Positions 16,759 through 24,286 of a DNA stretch of 34,897 nucleotides are shown in pieces; positions within the stretch are counted from its first letter, which is position 1, and each line of letters opens with the position of its first letter. Both the position numbers and the translations under genes were made by a program. The notes below the pieces were generated by a model, which was not told where the DNA came from, ran no database searches, and worked only from the letters and a program-made list of their open reading frames with translations. The DNA comes from an uncultured Candidatus Saccharibacteria bacterium (GTDB lineage Bacteria; Patescibacteriota; Minisyncoccia; UBA6257; Colwellbacteraceae): the NCBI GenBank assembly GCA_964348605.1, contig CAYGDC010000001.1:6926-41822 (forward strand), written 5' to 3'.

Positions 16759-17559
16759 ATGAAGCAAAAAAATCAAAATTTAGCGCTAGATAAACTCAAG
16801 ACTGCAATACCGATTACTTGGTGTCCTGGGTGCCTTAATAATAGTGCTTTAATAGCATTGCGTCGTGCTTTAAATGAACTTATTCAAAGCAATGATATTG
16901 AGCCTAGGGACATTGTTTTAGTAGCAGATATTGGTTGTGGCTCCAAAGTTTATGATTTCTTATCAACAAATAGCTTTTATGCATTACATGGAAGGGTTTT
17001 GCCAACCGCCTTAGGAATTAAGACCGCCAATCCTAAATTAACAGTCATTGGTATTGGTGGCGATGGAGGCACATACAGCGAAGGAATTGATCACCTAATT
17101 CACGTAGCTAGATATAATATAGATATAACAATGATTGTTGCTAACAATGGGGTTTTCGCCTTAACTAAGGGGCAGACAACGTCTACGACTAGGAATCAGG
17201 CAAAGAATAAAAAAAAGAATTTCTTCGCAGGAACTAATCTAAACCCATTAGCGCTAGCTATTGCTGCGAACGCCTCATTTGTAGCGCGCGGATCAGCGCT
17301 TGAGCTTAATCATTTAACTAGCCTTATTAAGGCAGCTATCAAGCACAAAGGATTTTCTATTATTGATGTTTTACAGCCCTGTCTAATTTTTAATAACGAT
17401 ATTGAATATTTACGCCAATATGCATATAAAATTAAAAAAACTCTTAATTTTGAAGAGGCATTTGCTAAAACGCAAGAACATATTAAAAAGAATCAAAAAC
17501 CAAAAGTGCCACTTGGTATTTTCTATAAATCAAAAAGAAAAACATGGGGAAGTTTTTAA
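16759..17559 (+). CDS. 2-oxoacid:ferredoxin oxidoreductase, beta (TPP-binding) subunit
   Basis: WCPGCLNN, DIGCGSK, and GIGGDGG...NNGVFALTKGQ. The track start is TTG at 16753; the ATG at 16759 is preferred. Confidence 0.85.
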   Translation: MKQKNQNLALDKLKTAIPITWCPGCLNNSALIALRRALNELIQSNDIEPRDIVLVADIGCGSKVYDFLSTNSFYALHGRVLPTALGIKTANPKLTVIGIGGDGGTYSEGIDHLIHVARYNIDITMIVANNGVFALTKGQTTSTTRNQAKNKKKNFFAGTNLNPLALAIAANASFVARGSALELNHLTSLIKAAIKHKGFSIIDVLQPCLIFNNDIEYLRQYAYKIKKTLNFEEAFAKTQEHIKKNQKPKVPLGIFYKSKRKTWGSF

Positions 17560-17607
17560 AAAGTACTAAATTGATTTTTAAAATAAAAATTATTATAGTT
17601 TTGTAAA

Positions 17608-17823
17608 ATGCCTAAAGTAATTTTAGATTATCAGACATGTATATTCTGCGGGCTCTGTACAAATATTTGTTCATCTTTTTTTAAATGGGATGTTAATAAA
17701 GCAAGGCCGCAAATTAACAATATAAAAAAAAATAAAGGAGAAATACAAGCCGATGATTTGCTTTGTATAAAAGAAGCGATTGATGCCTGTCCAGTAAGCG
17801 CTATTTATATTAAAAATCCTTAA
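17608..17823 (+). CDS. Small 4Fe-4S ferredoxin (71 aa)
   Basis: CIFCGLCTNIC (CxxCxxCxxxC) plus a distal CIKEAIDACP. Confidence 0.8.
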   Translation: MPKVILDYQTCIFCGLCTNICSSFFKWDVNKARPQINNIKKNKGEIQADDLLCIKEAIDACPVSAIYIKNP

Positions 17824-18023
17824 TCTAAAAAAGACTAATACTAAAACTCTTTGCGCTCTTGTAATGCATTATTAAGCAAGCATCACTTACTTGTTAAAAG
17901 AAGAGAGAGGGAGGCGACTTTAATGATATTACTAATTTTATCATAAAAATCGTTATTATATAAGCATTTTTTAAAAGTTATGAGTTGTCAATTAACTACT
18001 ATATAGTGTAACTTATAAAGTAT

Positions 18024-20165
18024 ATGTTTCTTAAACGATTAGAAATTCAGGGATTTAAATCATTCGCTACTAAAACAACTCTGGATTTTTCTGAAAACAT
18101 TACAGCTATTGTGGGGCCCAATGGTTCTGGTAAATCTAATATAGCGGACGCGGTTCGCTGGATTTTAGGCGAAAGAGAATCAAAGAATCTTCGTGGTGCT
18201 AAATCAGACGATTTAATTTTTGCTGGTACAGAAAAGCGTGCTCGCTCTGGTTTTGCGCAAGCTTCTATTTATTTTGATAATTCTTCGGGTTTTTTTCCTG
18301 TTGAATATAAAGAAGTTGTTATTACAAGAAGAATTGATCGCGATGGGAATTCTAAATTTATATTAAATCAATCAGAAGTTCGCCTGAAAGATGTAATTGA
18401 TTTTTTTGCTCGTGCGCGACTTGGCGCTAGGGGATTAAATATTATTAGTCAAGGAGAAAGCGATTCTTTTCTTAGAGCTCATCCTGCCGAAAGAAGAATG
18501 CTTGTTGAAGAAATGCTTGGGCTTAAAGAATATCTGATTAAAAAACGCCAATCAGAAAGAGAACTGCAAAACACTCGCGTGAACCTTGATAAAGCGAGAG
18601 TTTCTCTTGAAGAAATGATGCCCCATATTAAAATGCTGCATCATCAAGTTCAAAGGTATACAAAGCGGGATAAGTTTGCGACAGAGCTAAGTCAGCTAGA
18701 AAAAATCTTTTATGGTGCTAAAGTCAAAGAAATTGTAAACACGCTTTCTATTTTAGAGCCTAAAATTATTAATATTGATAAAGATATTTCTGTAAAAAGA
18801 AGAGAACTTGTTGCGTTAGAAAAAGACTTACGATTGTCAGAAACTTCAGAGCCGCAAGTTAAAAAGCAAATTGAAGAAATAAGAATAAGACGCAGAGAAT
18901 TATTTAATGAGCGTCTTACAGCCACTCCTGCGGCTACTCCTACTCTTCATACATATAATGAGCCTGTAATTGCTAAAAACAAAAAAGACCCCGCGCTGAT
19001 TATTCGCGAGATAAAAGAGCTTGCATCTTCCGTTATAGAAACAGTTTCTGTTGAAAGTTTACGCGATGCACTTAAAAAAATACTTACTCTTATTGATAGT
19101 TTAGAACAAAACACAATAAGCGAACCTATAAAAACCATTCCCCCCATTGCTCCGCTTATTGCTATAAATCCCGAGTTTACTGCAAAAATAGACGCTCTAA
19201 ATAAGGCATTAGATGAGCTAGATATGGTAGAACGAAAATTAACAGCCGAAATAGACAGCTTTAATTCTATTTTTCGCCAAGCTATTAAAGCAGTTGAGGC
19301 TAAAAAAGATGAATTAGATGCGCTTGAAGATGAAAAAGCAAAAATTTCTTTTGAAAAAGAAAAGATAAAATATCGCGAGACGGAATTAAAACACCAACTC
19401 GCCGCAATAGATAAAACTTTTGCTGAGTTTGTTGATATGCCACAAACAGAAGAATGTGATTTTATTACAGTTGAACGACGGATATATCGGTTGAGAAACG
19501 AACTTGCCGCTATTGGCGAAGTAGATGAATCCATTATTAAAGAATCACAAGGGGCTGATGAAAGATATAATCTTGTTTCTGCGCAAATTAATGAATTAGA
19601 GCAAGCGTCCGTAGATTTAAAAACGCTTATTAAAGAATTAGATTATAAAATACATCACGAGTTTTCTGGCGCTTTAGGAAAAATCAATAAGGAATTATCA
19701 AATTTTGCCACGCTTATGTTTGGCGGTGGCAAAATAGTTTTAAAACTTGAAGAGCTTATGAATTCTTTTAGTGAATCTGCTCCAGTTGCGACAGAAACAG
19801 TGGCTCCAACATCAGAAGAAGACGAGCTAAGGCAGGGTATAGAAATAGAAGTTGCTTTACCTAAAAAACGCGTTAAAGGCCTTGAAACACTTTCTGGAGG
19901 AGAAAGAAGCCTTCTTGCTACAGCTGTTCTTTTTGGTCTTATATCTATTTCTCCTCCTCCGTTTATCATTCTTGATGAAGTAGATGCTGTTCTTGATGAG
20001 CGAAACGCTAGAAGATTTGGCGAGATACTTAATCGTTTTGATGGCAAAACTCAATTTATAGTTGTAACCCATAACAGAATCACAATGGAGTCAGCCGATG
20101 CCTTATACGGAGTAACGATGGGCGAGGATGGTTCGTCTAGACTTGTGTCATTGAGGCTTGCTTAA
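18024..20165 (+). CDS. smc: SMC-family chromosome-partition ATPase, short form (713 aa) without a recognisable hinge
   Basis: N-terminus: LEIQGFKSF...GPNGSGKSNIADAVRWILGE (Walker A). C-terminus: LSGGERSL (signature) and FIILDEVDAVLD (Walker B). The middle is coiled-coil-like with Pro-rich breaks. Confidence 0.85.
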   Translation: MFLKRLEIQGFKSFATKTTLDFSENITAIVGPNGSGKSNIADAVRWILGERESKNLRGAKSDDLIFAGTEKRARSGFAQASIYFDNSSGFFPVEYKEVVITRRIDRDGNSKFILNQSEVRLKDVIDFFARARLGARGLNIISQGESDSFLRAHPAERRMLVEEMLGLKEYLIKKRQSERELQNTRVNLDKARVSLEEMMPHIKMLHHQVQRYTKRDKFATELSQLEKIFYGAKVKEIVNTLSILEPKIINIDKDISVKRRELVALEKDLRLSETSEPQVKKQIEEIRIRRRELFNERLTATPAATPTLHTYNEPVIAKNKKDPALIIREIKELASSVIETVSVESLRDALKKILTLIDSLEQNTISEPIKTIPPIAPLIAINPEFTAKIDALNKALDELDMVERKLTAEIDSFNSIFRQAIKAVEAKKDELDALEDEKAKISFEKEKIKYRETELKHQLAAIDKTFAEFVDMPQTEECDFITVERRIYRLRNELAAIGEVDESIIKESQGADERYNLVSAQINELEQASVDLKTLIKELDYKIHHEFSGALGKINKELSNFATLMFGGGKIVLKLEELMNSFSESAPVATETVAPTSEEDELRQGIEIEVALPKKRVKGLETLSGGERSLLATAVLFGLISISPPPFIILDEVDAVLDERNARRFGEILNRFDGKTQFIVVTHNRITMESADALYGVTMGEDGSSRLVSLRLA

Positions 20166-20202
20166 AATATAAGTGACAATAAGCAGTAGATAATTTGATA
20201 AT

Positions 20203-20231
20203 TTGACACGAACACTGCTTTTTCATATAAT
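20203..20231 (+). promoter_or_regulatory. Consensus sigma70 promoter of rpsP
   Basis: TTGACA (20203-20208), a 17-nt spacer, then TATAAT (20226-20231), ending 13 nt before the rpsP ATG. Confidence 0.65.
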
Positions 20232-20244
20232 TCTACTTACATTT

Positions 20245-20475
20245 ATGTTATCTATCAGACTTCGTCGTATTGGAAAAAAGGGACACGCCTCTTTTAGAGT
20301 CGTGGTTGCTGAGGCGCGCTCAAAGCTTAAAAGTAAATTTGTAGAAGACCTTGGCTGGATTGATCCTCATACTAATAAATTTGAATTACAAAAAGAAAGG
20401 ATTGCTTATTGGATGAGTAACGGTGCTAAGCCATCTACTACTGCTGCTGGCTATATTAAAAAATCAGGTATATAA
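20245..20475 (+). CDS. rpsP: 30S ribosomal protein S16
   Basis: MLSIRLRRIGKKGHASFRVVVAEARS is a typical S16 N-terminus. The track's TTG at 20203 is actually the -35 hexamer, so the ATG at 20245 is used. Confidence 0.9.
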   Translation: MLSIRLRRIGKKGHASFRVVVAEARSKLKSKFVEDLGWIDPHTNKFELQKERIAYWMSNGAKPSTTAAGYIKKSGI

Positions 20476-20523
20476 TTTATACACAGTAAAAGGTCGCAAT
20501 AAATTCAAAAAACAACCGTACGC

Positions 20524-20826
20524 ATGGATCAGCTAGCTGTTGACCAGCAATTTCTAGAGTTTCTTGTTAAATCTATCGTTGATCATCCAGAGGATGTCTC
20601 TGTTGTGAGGCAAATTGACGAAATGGGCGTTTTGCTTATTTTAAGAGTTAATCCTCAAGATATGGGCCAGGTTATCGGTCGAGAAGGAAGCACAGCAAAA
20701 GCCATTCGCTCTTTGCTTAGAATAGTTGGTGTTAAAAACAATGCTCGAATCAATCTAAAGATTGAAGAGCCCGTAGGATCGGAGCGCGTGAAGCCCAGTA
20801 AATCAGAAGAGGAGATATTATTATAA
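20524..20826 (+). CDS. KH-domain RNA-binding protein (UPF0109/KhpA-like)
   Basis: VIGREGSTAKAIRSLL contains the GxxG KH motif. The gene is in the conserved position after rpsP. Confidence 0.8.
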   Translation: MDQLAVDQQFLEFLVKSIVDHPEDVSVVRQIDEMGVLLILRVNPQDMGQVIGREGSTAKAIRSLLRIVGVKNNARINLKIEEPVGSERVKPSKSEEEILL

Positions 20827-20987
20827 TACTCATCACGCCTACTATATTCTCGCCCTTGATTATTTCTAAGAATTATTTATTCAGTCGCAAATTATATCGC
20901 GACATTCGCGGAAATATCAGGGGCGATTTTTATATTTAGATTTTTTGCAAAAAAATTTATATTAAAATAACAAAAGATTATCGCTAT

Positions 20988-21641
20988 ATGAAATTTGATA
21001 TTATTACGATTTTTCCTGCAATTTTAGATTCTTATCTCAAAGAATCAATTATTAAGCGAGCAATAGATAAAAAAATAATTCGTATTAAGACCTGGGATTT
21101 ACGAGATTTTTCAGTCGAGCGACATGCTAAAGTTGATGATCGTCCATATGGTGGAGGCCCTGGAATGGTTATTCAAGTCGCTCCCATTCACAAAGCAGTC
21201 AAAAAAATTAACGCACGAACAAAAGATAAAAACAAAACAAGAGTTATTTTATTTTCTGCTCGTGGTAAAAAGCTCGATGAAAAAATGATTTCTCGCCTTG
21301 TTAAATATGATAAGATTATCATGATTTGTGGGCGATATGAGGGGGTTGATGAGAGGGTAGCAAAATATATTGCTGATGAGGCCGTCTCTATCGGAGACTA
21401 TGTTCTCGCCGGAGGAGAATTGCCAGCAATGGTACTTATTGAGGCAGTAAGTCGTCAAATACCTGGTTTTTTAGGAAAACTAGAGTCTTTGGAAACAATA
21501 AAAGGATCTTATCCAACATATACAAGGCCAGAGATATTTATTTCTAAAAAAGGAGAAAAGTGGTCTGTCCCAAAAGTTCTTCTTGAGGGAGATCATGTTA
21601 AAATTCAAAAATGGCGCGAGAAAAAAGGTCTTCAGCGTTGA
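20988..21641 (+). CDS. trmD: tRNA (guanine37-N1)-methyltransferase
   Basis: FDIITIFP, DDRPYGGGPGMV, and ICGRYEGVDERV. Confidence 0.9.
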   Translation: MKFDIITIFPAILDSYLKESIIKRAIDKKIIRIKTWDLRDFSVERHAKVDDRPYGGGPGMVIQVAPIHKAVKKINARTKDKNKTRVILFSARGKKLDEKMISRLVKYDKIIMICGRYEGVDERVAKYIADEAVSIGDYVLAGGELPAMVLIEAVSRQIPGFLGKLESLETIKGSYPTYTRPEIFISKKGEKWSVPKVLLEGDHVKIQKWREKKGLQR

Positions 21642-21667
21642 CAGTCAAGCCTCTGCAAGCTTATACT
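21638..21667 (+). promoter_or_regulatory. Sigma70-like promoter of rpsB
   Basis: TTGACA (21638-21643, overlapping the trmD stop), an 18-nt spacer, then TATACT (21662-21667), ending 16 nt before the ATG at 21684. Confidence 0.5.
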
Positions 21668-21683
21668 ACAACAAATAGTAATT

Positions 21684-22493
21684 ATGATTATAACTCAAGA
21701 AGAACTTAAAGACTCTCCTCGCGAAGAGGAATCATCTCTGATAAAAGAGAATAAAGTGGTTTTTACAGAAAACAGCCTTTCTGCCGAAGAAGTTTTATTA
21801 CTACAAGAAATGGCAGAAGCGGGTATTTTGTATGGACTTGCTAAAAGCAAAACTCATCCAAAAATGAAGCCTTGGATTTTTACAACAAGGAGTGGCGTCG
21901 AAATAATTAATCTAGAAAATACTATCAAAGAGCTAAATAAAGCAATGGCTCTTATTAAATCAGTTTCAGCTACAGGCAAGCAAATTATTATTGTTGGGAC
22001 ATCTCCTTCTGCTAAATCTGTCGTGAGAGAATTAGGCACCGCGTTGAATCAGCCATTTGTAACCGAAAGATGGCTTGGTGGAACATTAACTAATTTTCGT
22101 ATTATTGAAACAAGAATCAAGTATTATAATAAGCTCTCCATTGATAAAGAAAGCGGAGCCCTTAGTAAATATATAAAAAAAGAAAGAATCTTGCTTGAAA
22201 AGAAGCTTGAAAAAATGAAAATCTTTTTTGAAGGTATAGCAAACATGACTGCCTTGCCTGGAGCAATATTTATTCTTGATATTCATGCCAATAAAACAGC
22301 AGCAAGAGAAGCGCGTGCTATAGGAATTCCGATCATCGCACTTGTTAATACAGACACTGACCCAAGCATTGTTGATTATCCTATTCCTGCAAATAATAGA
22401 CTAAGTTCAAGCATTAAGTGGATAGGGGAATATCTTAAAGATAGTTTGCAAAAAGCGCCTGCGATAGCCCCTTCGTTAGTAAAAAAAGAGTAA
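21684..22493 (+). CDS. rpsB: 30S ribosomal protein S2, possibly with an N-terminal extension
   Basis: LQEMAEAGILYGLAKSKTHPKMKPWIF aligns with the S2 N-terminal signature. TERWLGGTLTN is also present. Confidence 0.9.
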   Translation: MIITQEELKDSPREEESSLIKENKVVFTENSLSAEEVLLLQEMAEAGILYGLAKSKTHPKMKPWIFTTRSGVEIINLENTIKELNKAMALIKSVSATGKQIIIVGTSPSAKSVVRELGTALNQPFVTERWLGGTLTNFRIIETRIKYYNKLSIDKESGALSKYIKKERILLEKKLEKMKIFFEGIANMTALPGAIFILDIHANKTAAREARAIGIPIIALVNTDTDPSIVDYPIPANNRLSSSIKWIGEYLKDSLQKAPAIAPSLVKKE

Positions 22494-22528
22494 TAAAAAA
22501 AGTCTCAGTAAAACAAATATTAATTTTA

Positions 22529-22972
22529 ATGACTACAGACGATATTAAAAATTTAAGAGAAAAAACTGGCGCAGGAGTAATGGATGCAAAGCGCGCCCTT
22601 GAAGAGGCAGGCGGAGACGTCGCAAAAGCTATTCAAATTATTCAAGCAAAAGGATTAGTGAGGGCGGAAAAAAGAAACGAGCGAGCAACAGAAGCAGGGC
22701 TTATAGTGTCTTATATTCATAATGACCGCATTGGCGTTTTACTTGATATAAGATGTGAAACTGATTTTGTTGCGCGCACAGATGATTTTCGTGAGCTGGC
22801 TCGCAATGTAGCCATGCATATCGCCGCAATGAATTCGACAAATATCGAGATTTTATTTACTGAACCATTTATTAAAGACCAGAGCGTTAGTATTGAAAAT
22901 TTAGTTAAAGGAGTTATCGCCAAGGTTGGCGAAAATATTCGGATAGAGAAGTTTTGCTATTATGCTCTATAG
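22529..22972 (+). CDS. tsf: Translation elongation factor Ts, short form (147 aa)
   Basis: IKNLREKTGAGVMDAKRALEEAGGDVAKAI is the UBA-like N-domain. The gene directly follows rpsB. Confidence 0.85.
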   Translation: MTTDDIKNLREKTGAGVMDAKRALEEAGGDVAKAIQIIQAKGLVRAEKRNERATEAGLIVSYIHNDRIGVLLDIRCETDFVARTDDFRELARNVAMHIAAMNSTNIEILFTEPFIKDQSVSIENLVKGVIAKVGENIRIEKFCYYAL

Positions 22973-23270
22973 TTTTATTTTTGAAACCATAATTTTTTTA
23001 GGAATAGGCGTGATAATTTTTATTTTAGCACGAGCTCTTCCGCGTATTGAGGACGAAAATGCTCCACGCATTTCGCAAAAAAACAAATTCATAAGCGTTA
23101 TTCAAGATATACCCTTAGATAAGATTGATGATGTAATTAAACTTGCTATTCATAAAGCGTTGCGCAAAACTAAGATATTAATCAGCAAAATAGATAATTT
23201 TATTGCGGAAAAAATGGAATCTACTCGCCCAACCTCAAACAAGAAAGATGGCACAGGGCTACCTATGTAG
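22962..23270 (+). CDS. Hypothetical small membrane protein (102 aa)
   Basis: One N-terminal hydrophobic helix (IIFLGIGVIIFILARAL). It overlaps the tsf stop by 11 nt. No motif recognised. Confidence 0.45.
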   Translation: MLYSFIFETIIFLGIGVIIFILARALPRIEDENAPRISQKNKFISVIQDIPLDKIDDVIKLAIHKALRKTKILISKIDNFIAEKMESTRPTSNKKDGTGLPM

Positions 23271-23325
23271 GGGGCTTGGCGAAAACCTATAAATTTGTTT
23301 TAATAATTGCGGACTTTAATAATTC

Positions 23326-23408
23326 GCACAGGTGGTAGAGTGGTCAATTACAACAGACTGTAAATCTGTCGCCTTCGGGCTACGCAGGTTCGAATCCTGC
23401 CCTGTGCA
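23326..23408 (+). tRNA. tRNA-Tyr (anticodon GTA), class II with a long variable arm; CCA not encoded
   Basis: The cloverleaf folds by hand: acceptor GCACAGG/CCTGTGC, anticodon stem ACAGA/TCTGT with loop CTGTAAA, T arm GCAGG-TTCGAAT-CCTGC. Confidence 0.9.
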
Positions 23409-23497
23409 CTGATTAAGAGAGATTTTAAAAAACTAGTTAGTTATTTATTTGTTTTTTACGATTTTTAATGTAATATTTTATAAGCAATATTATGTTT

Positions 23498-23569
23498 GCC
23501 ACCTTAGCTCAGCGGCAGAGCAACACTTTTGTAAAGTGTGGGTCCTCGGTTCAAATCCGAGAGGTGGCT
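23498..23569 (+). tRNA. tRNA-Thr (anticodon TGT)
   Basis: Acceptor GCCACCT/AGGTGGC, anticodon stem ACACT/AGTGT with loop TTTGTAA, T arm CTCGG-TTCAAAT-CCGAG. Confidence 0.9.
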
Positions 23570-23618
23570 CTGGTTCTCTTGTAAATTTCACTAATTTGCG
23601 ACAAAATAATAAAGCTTT

Positions 23619-23690
23619 GCCAAAGTAGTTCAGTGGTAGAACGCTTTCTTGGTAAGAAAGAGGTCGTGGGTCCGATTCCCACCTTTGGCT
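23619..23690 (+). tRNA. tRNA-Thr (anticodon GGT)
   Basis: Acceptor GCCAAAG/CTTTGGC, anticodon stem CTTTC/GAAAG with loop TTGGTAA, T arm GTGGG-TCCGATT-CCCAC. Confidence 0.85.
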
Positions 23691-23855
23691 CAAAAATAAA
23701 ATTGTGGGAATCGGACGCCGGACTGCAGATTTTTCAGCAGAAAAATCGAAGGAGGCGGGGCTTACGATCCGTTTTACGCGACGGCGTAAAACTGAATCGG
23801 AAGGATTCCCACCTTTGGCTCAAAAATAAAATTGTGGGAATCGGACGCCGGACTG
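23674..23855 (+). repeat. Perfect 52-nt direct repeat (23674-23725 and 23804-23855). It starts inside the T arm of tRNA-Thr(GGT) and extends 35 nt past the tRNA end.
   Basis: GATTCCCACCTTTGGCTCAAAAATAAAATTGTGGGAATCGGACGCCGGACTG occurs twice, 130 nt apart. The 78 nt between the copies contains two hairpins: GATTTTT/AAAAATC and GTTTTACGC-GACG-GCGTAAAAC (23771-23792). Confidence 0.9.
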
Positions 23856-23906
23856 AAGGTTATGATGGTAAGATAAAAAAAGAGCGTCATCTCCGCGTTC
23901 TTTTCT

Positions 23907-23986
23907 GTCATTCCCGCGGAAGCGGGAATCCAGGACCCGCTTCCGCAGAAGGCTTAAAAGTTTAAAAGCTCGCTGTGTGAGAAAGT
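23907..23986. repeat. Intergenic palindromic repeat element, copy 1 of a dispersed family
   Basis: ATTCCCGC-GGAA-GCGGGAAT lies at 23910-23929. It overlaps a second inverted repeat, GCGGAAGCGGG (23916-23926) / CCCGCTTCCGC (23936-23946). The 12-mer GTCATTCCCGCG recurs at 27761, CCGCAGAAGGCT recurs at 25011, and the CTCGCTGTGTGAG module is an inverted copy of the one at 29727-29747. Confidence 0.7.
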
Positions 23987-24065
23987 TCAAAAGCATATTT
24001 TGTTTTTATTGTTATTAATCACACAGACTTGCAAATTTAACCAAATATGGCAAAATTAACTTTAT

Positions 24066-24239
24066 ATGCCAAAATCTAAATATTCTGAAAACTTAATTCG
24101 GCTTAAATGCTCTGAATGTGAGCGGGTAAATTATTATACTCGCAAGAACAAAAAGACAGTAGAAAGGAAAATTAATCTACAAAAATTTTGTTCAGCGTGT
24201 AAAAAGCACGTATCTCATAAAGAATCAGGAAAAAAATAA
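24066..24239 (+). CDS. rpmG: 50S ribosomal protein L33 (57 aa; absent from the ORF track because it is short)
   Basis: My translation is MPKSKYSENLIRLKCSECERVNYYTRKNKKTVERKINLQKFCSACKKHVSHKESGKK. CxxC...CxxC plus YxTxKNK is typical of L33. Confidence 0.85.
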   Translation: MPKSKYSENLIRLKCSECERVNYYTRKNKKTVERKINLQKFCSACKKHVSHKESGKK

Positions 24240-24245
24240 AAAAAT

Positions 24246-24273
24246 AAATGCCCGCAGATACCCGCGGGCATTT
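24246..24273 (+). terminator. Hairpin after rpmG (putative terminator)
   Basis: AAATGCCCGC (24246-24255) pairs with GCGGGCATTT (24264-24273) around an 8-nt loop. The T-tract is weak. Confidence 0.5.
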
Positions 24274-24286
24274 GTAATTTAAAATA

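Noticed and set aside
17909-17946. A strong GGGAGG Shine-Dalgarno sequence 8 nt upstream of a 7-codon ORF (MILLILS) in the ferredoxin-smc spacer
   Set aside because: It is curious because Shine-Dalgarno sequences are otherwise nearly absent. However, the ORF is too short to support as a gene or leader peptide from sequence alone.
18710-20072. Minus-strand ORFs inside smc, including a 195-aa Ser-rich ORF (18947-19534)
   Set aside because: They are antisense to a coiled-coil (Glu/Lys/Leu-rich) region, which generically yields open Ser/Phe-rich frames. No motifs or independent signals support them.
20203-20244. The track's TTG start at 20203 for rpsP, which gives a 14-aa N-terminal extension
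   Set aside because: That TTG is the first three bases of a consensus -35 hexamer (TTGACA-17-TATAAT). S16 homology begins at the ATG at 20245.
4643-21641. Alternative genetic code (UGA read as an amino acid, as in some CPR lineages)
   Set aside because: TGA terminates ORFs at sensible, motif-complete ends (for example 4643-4645, 16754-16756, 21639-21641). No conserved protein here needs read-through of TGA.
23910-23946. A GGAA-tetraloop hairpin next to CCAGGACCCGC..CGCAGAAGG, as a possible SRP (4.5S) RNA domain IV
   Set aside because: The stem is a perfect palindrome without the conserved asymmetric and symmetric internal loops. The same module recurs at 29651 and 31106 as a dispersed repeat.
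23490-23965. ORFs 23490-23693 (minus) and 23633-23965 (plus)
   Set aside because: They overlap two tRNA-Thr genes and the direct and palindromic repeats. Their translations are read-through of structured RNA and repeat sequence.
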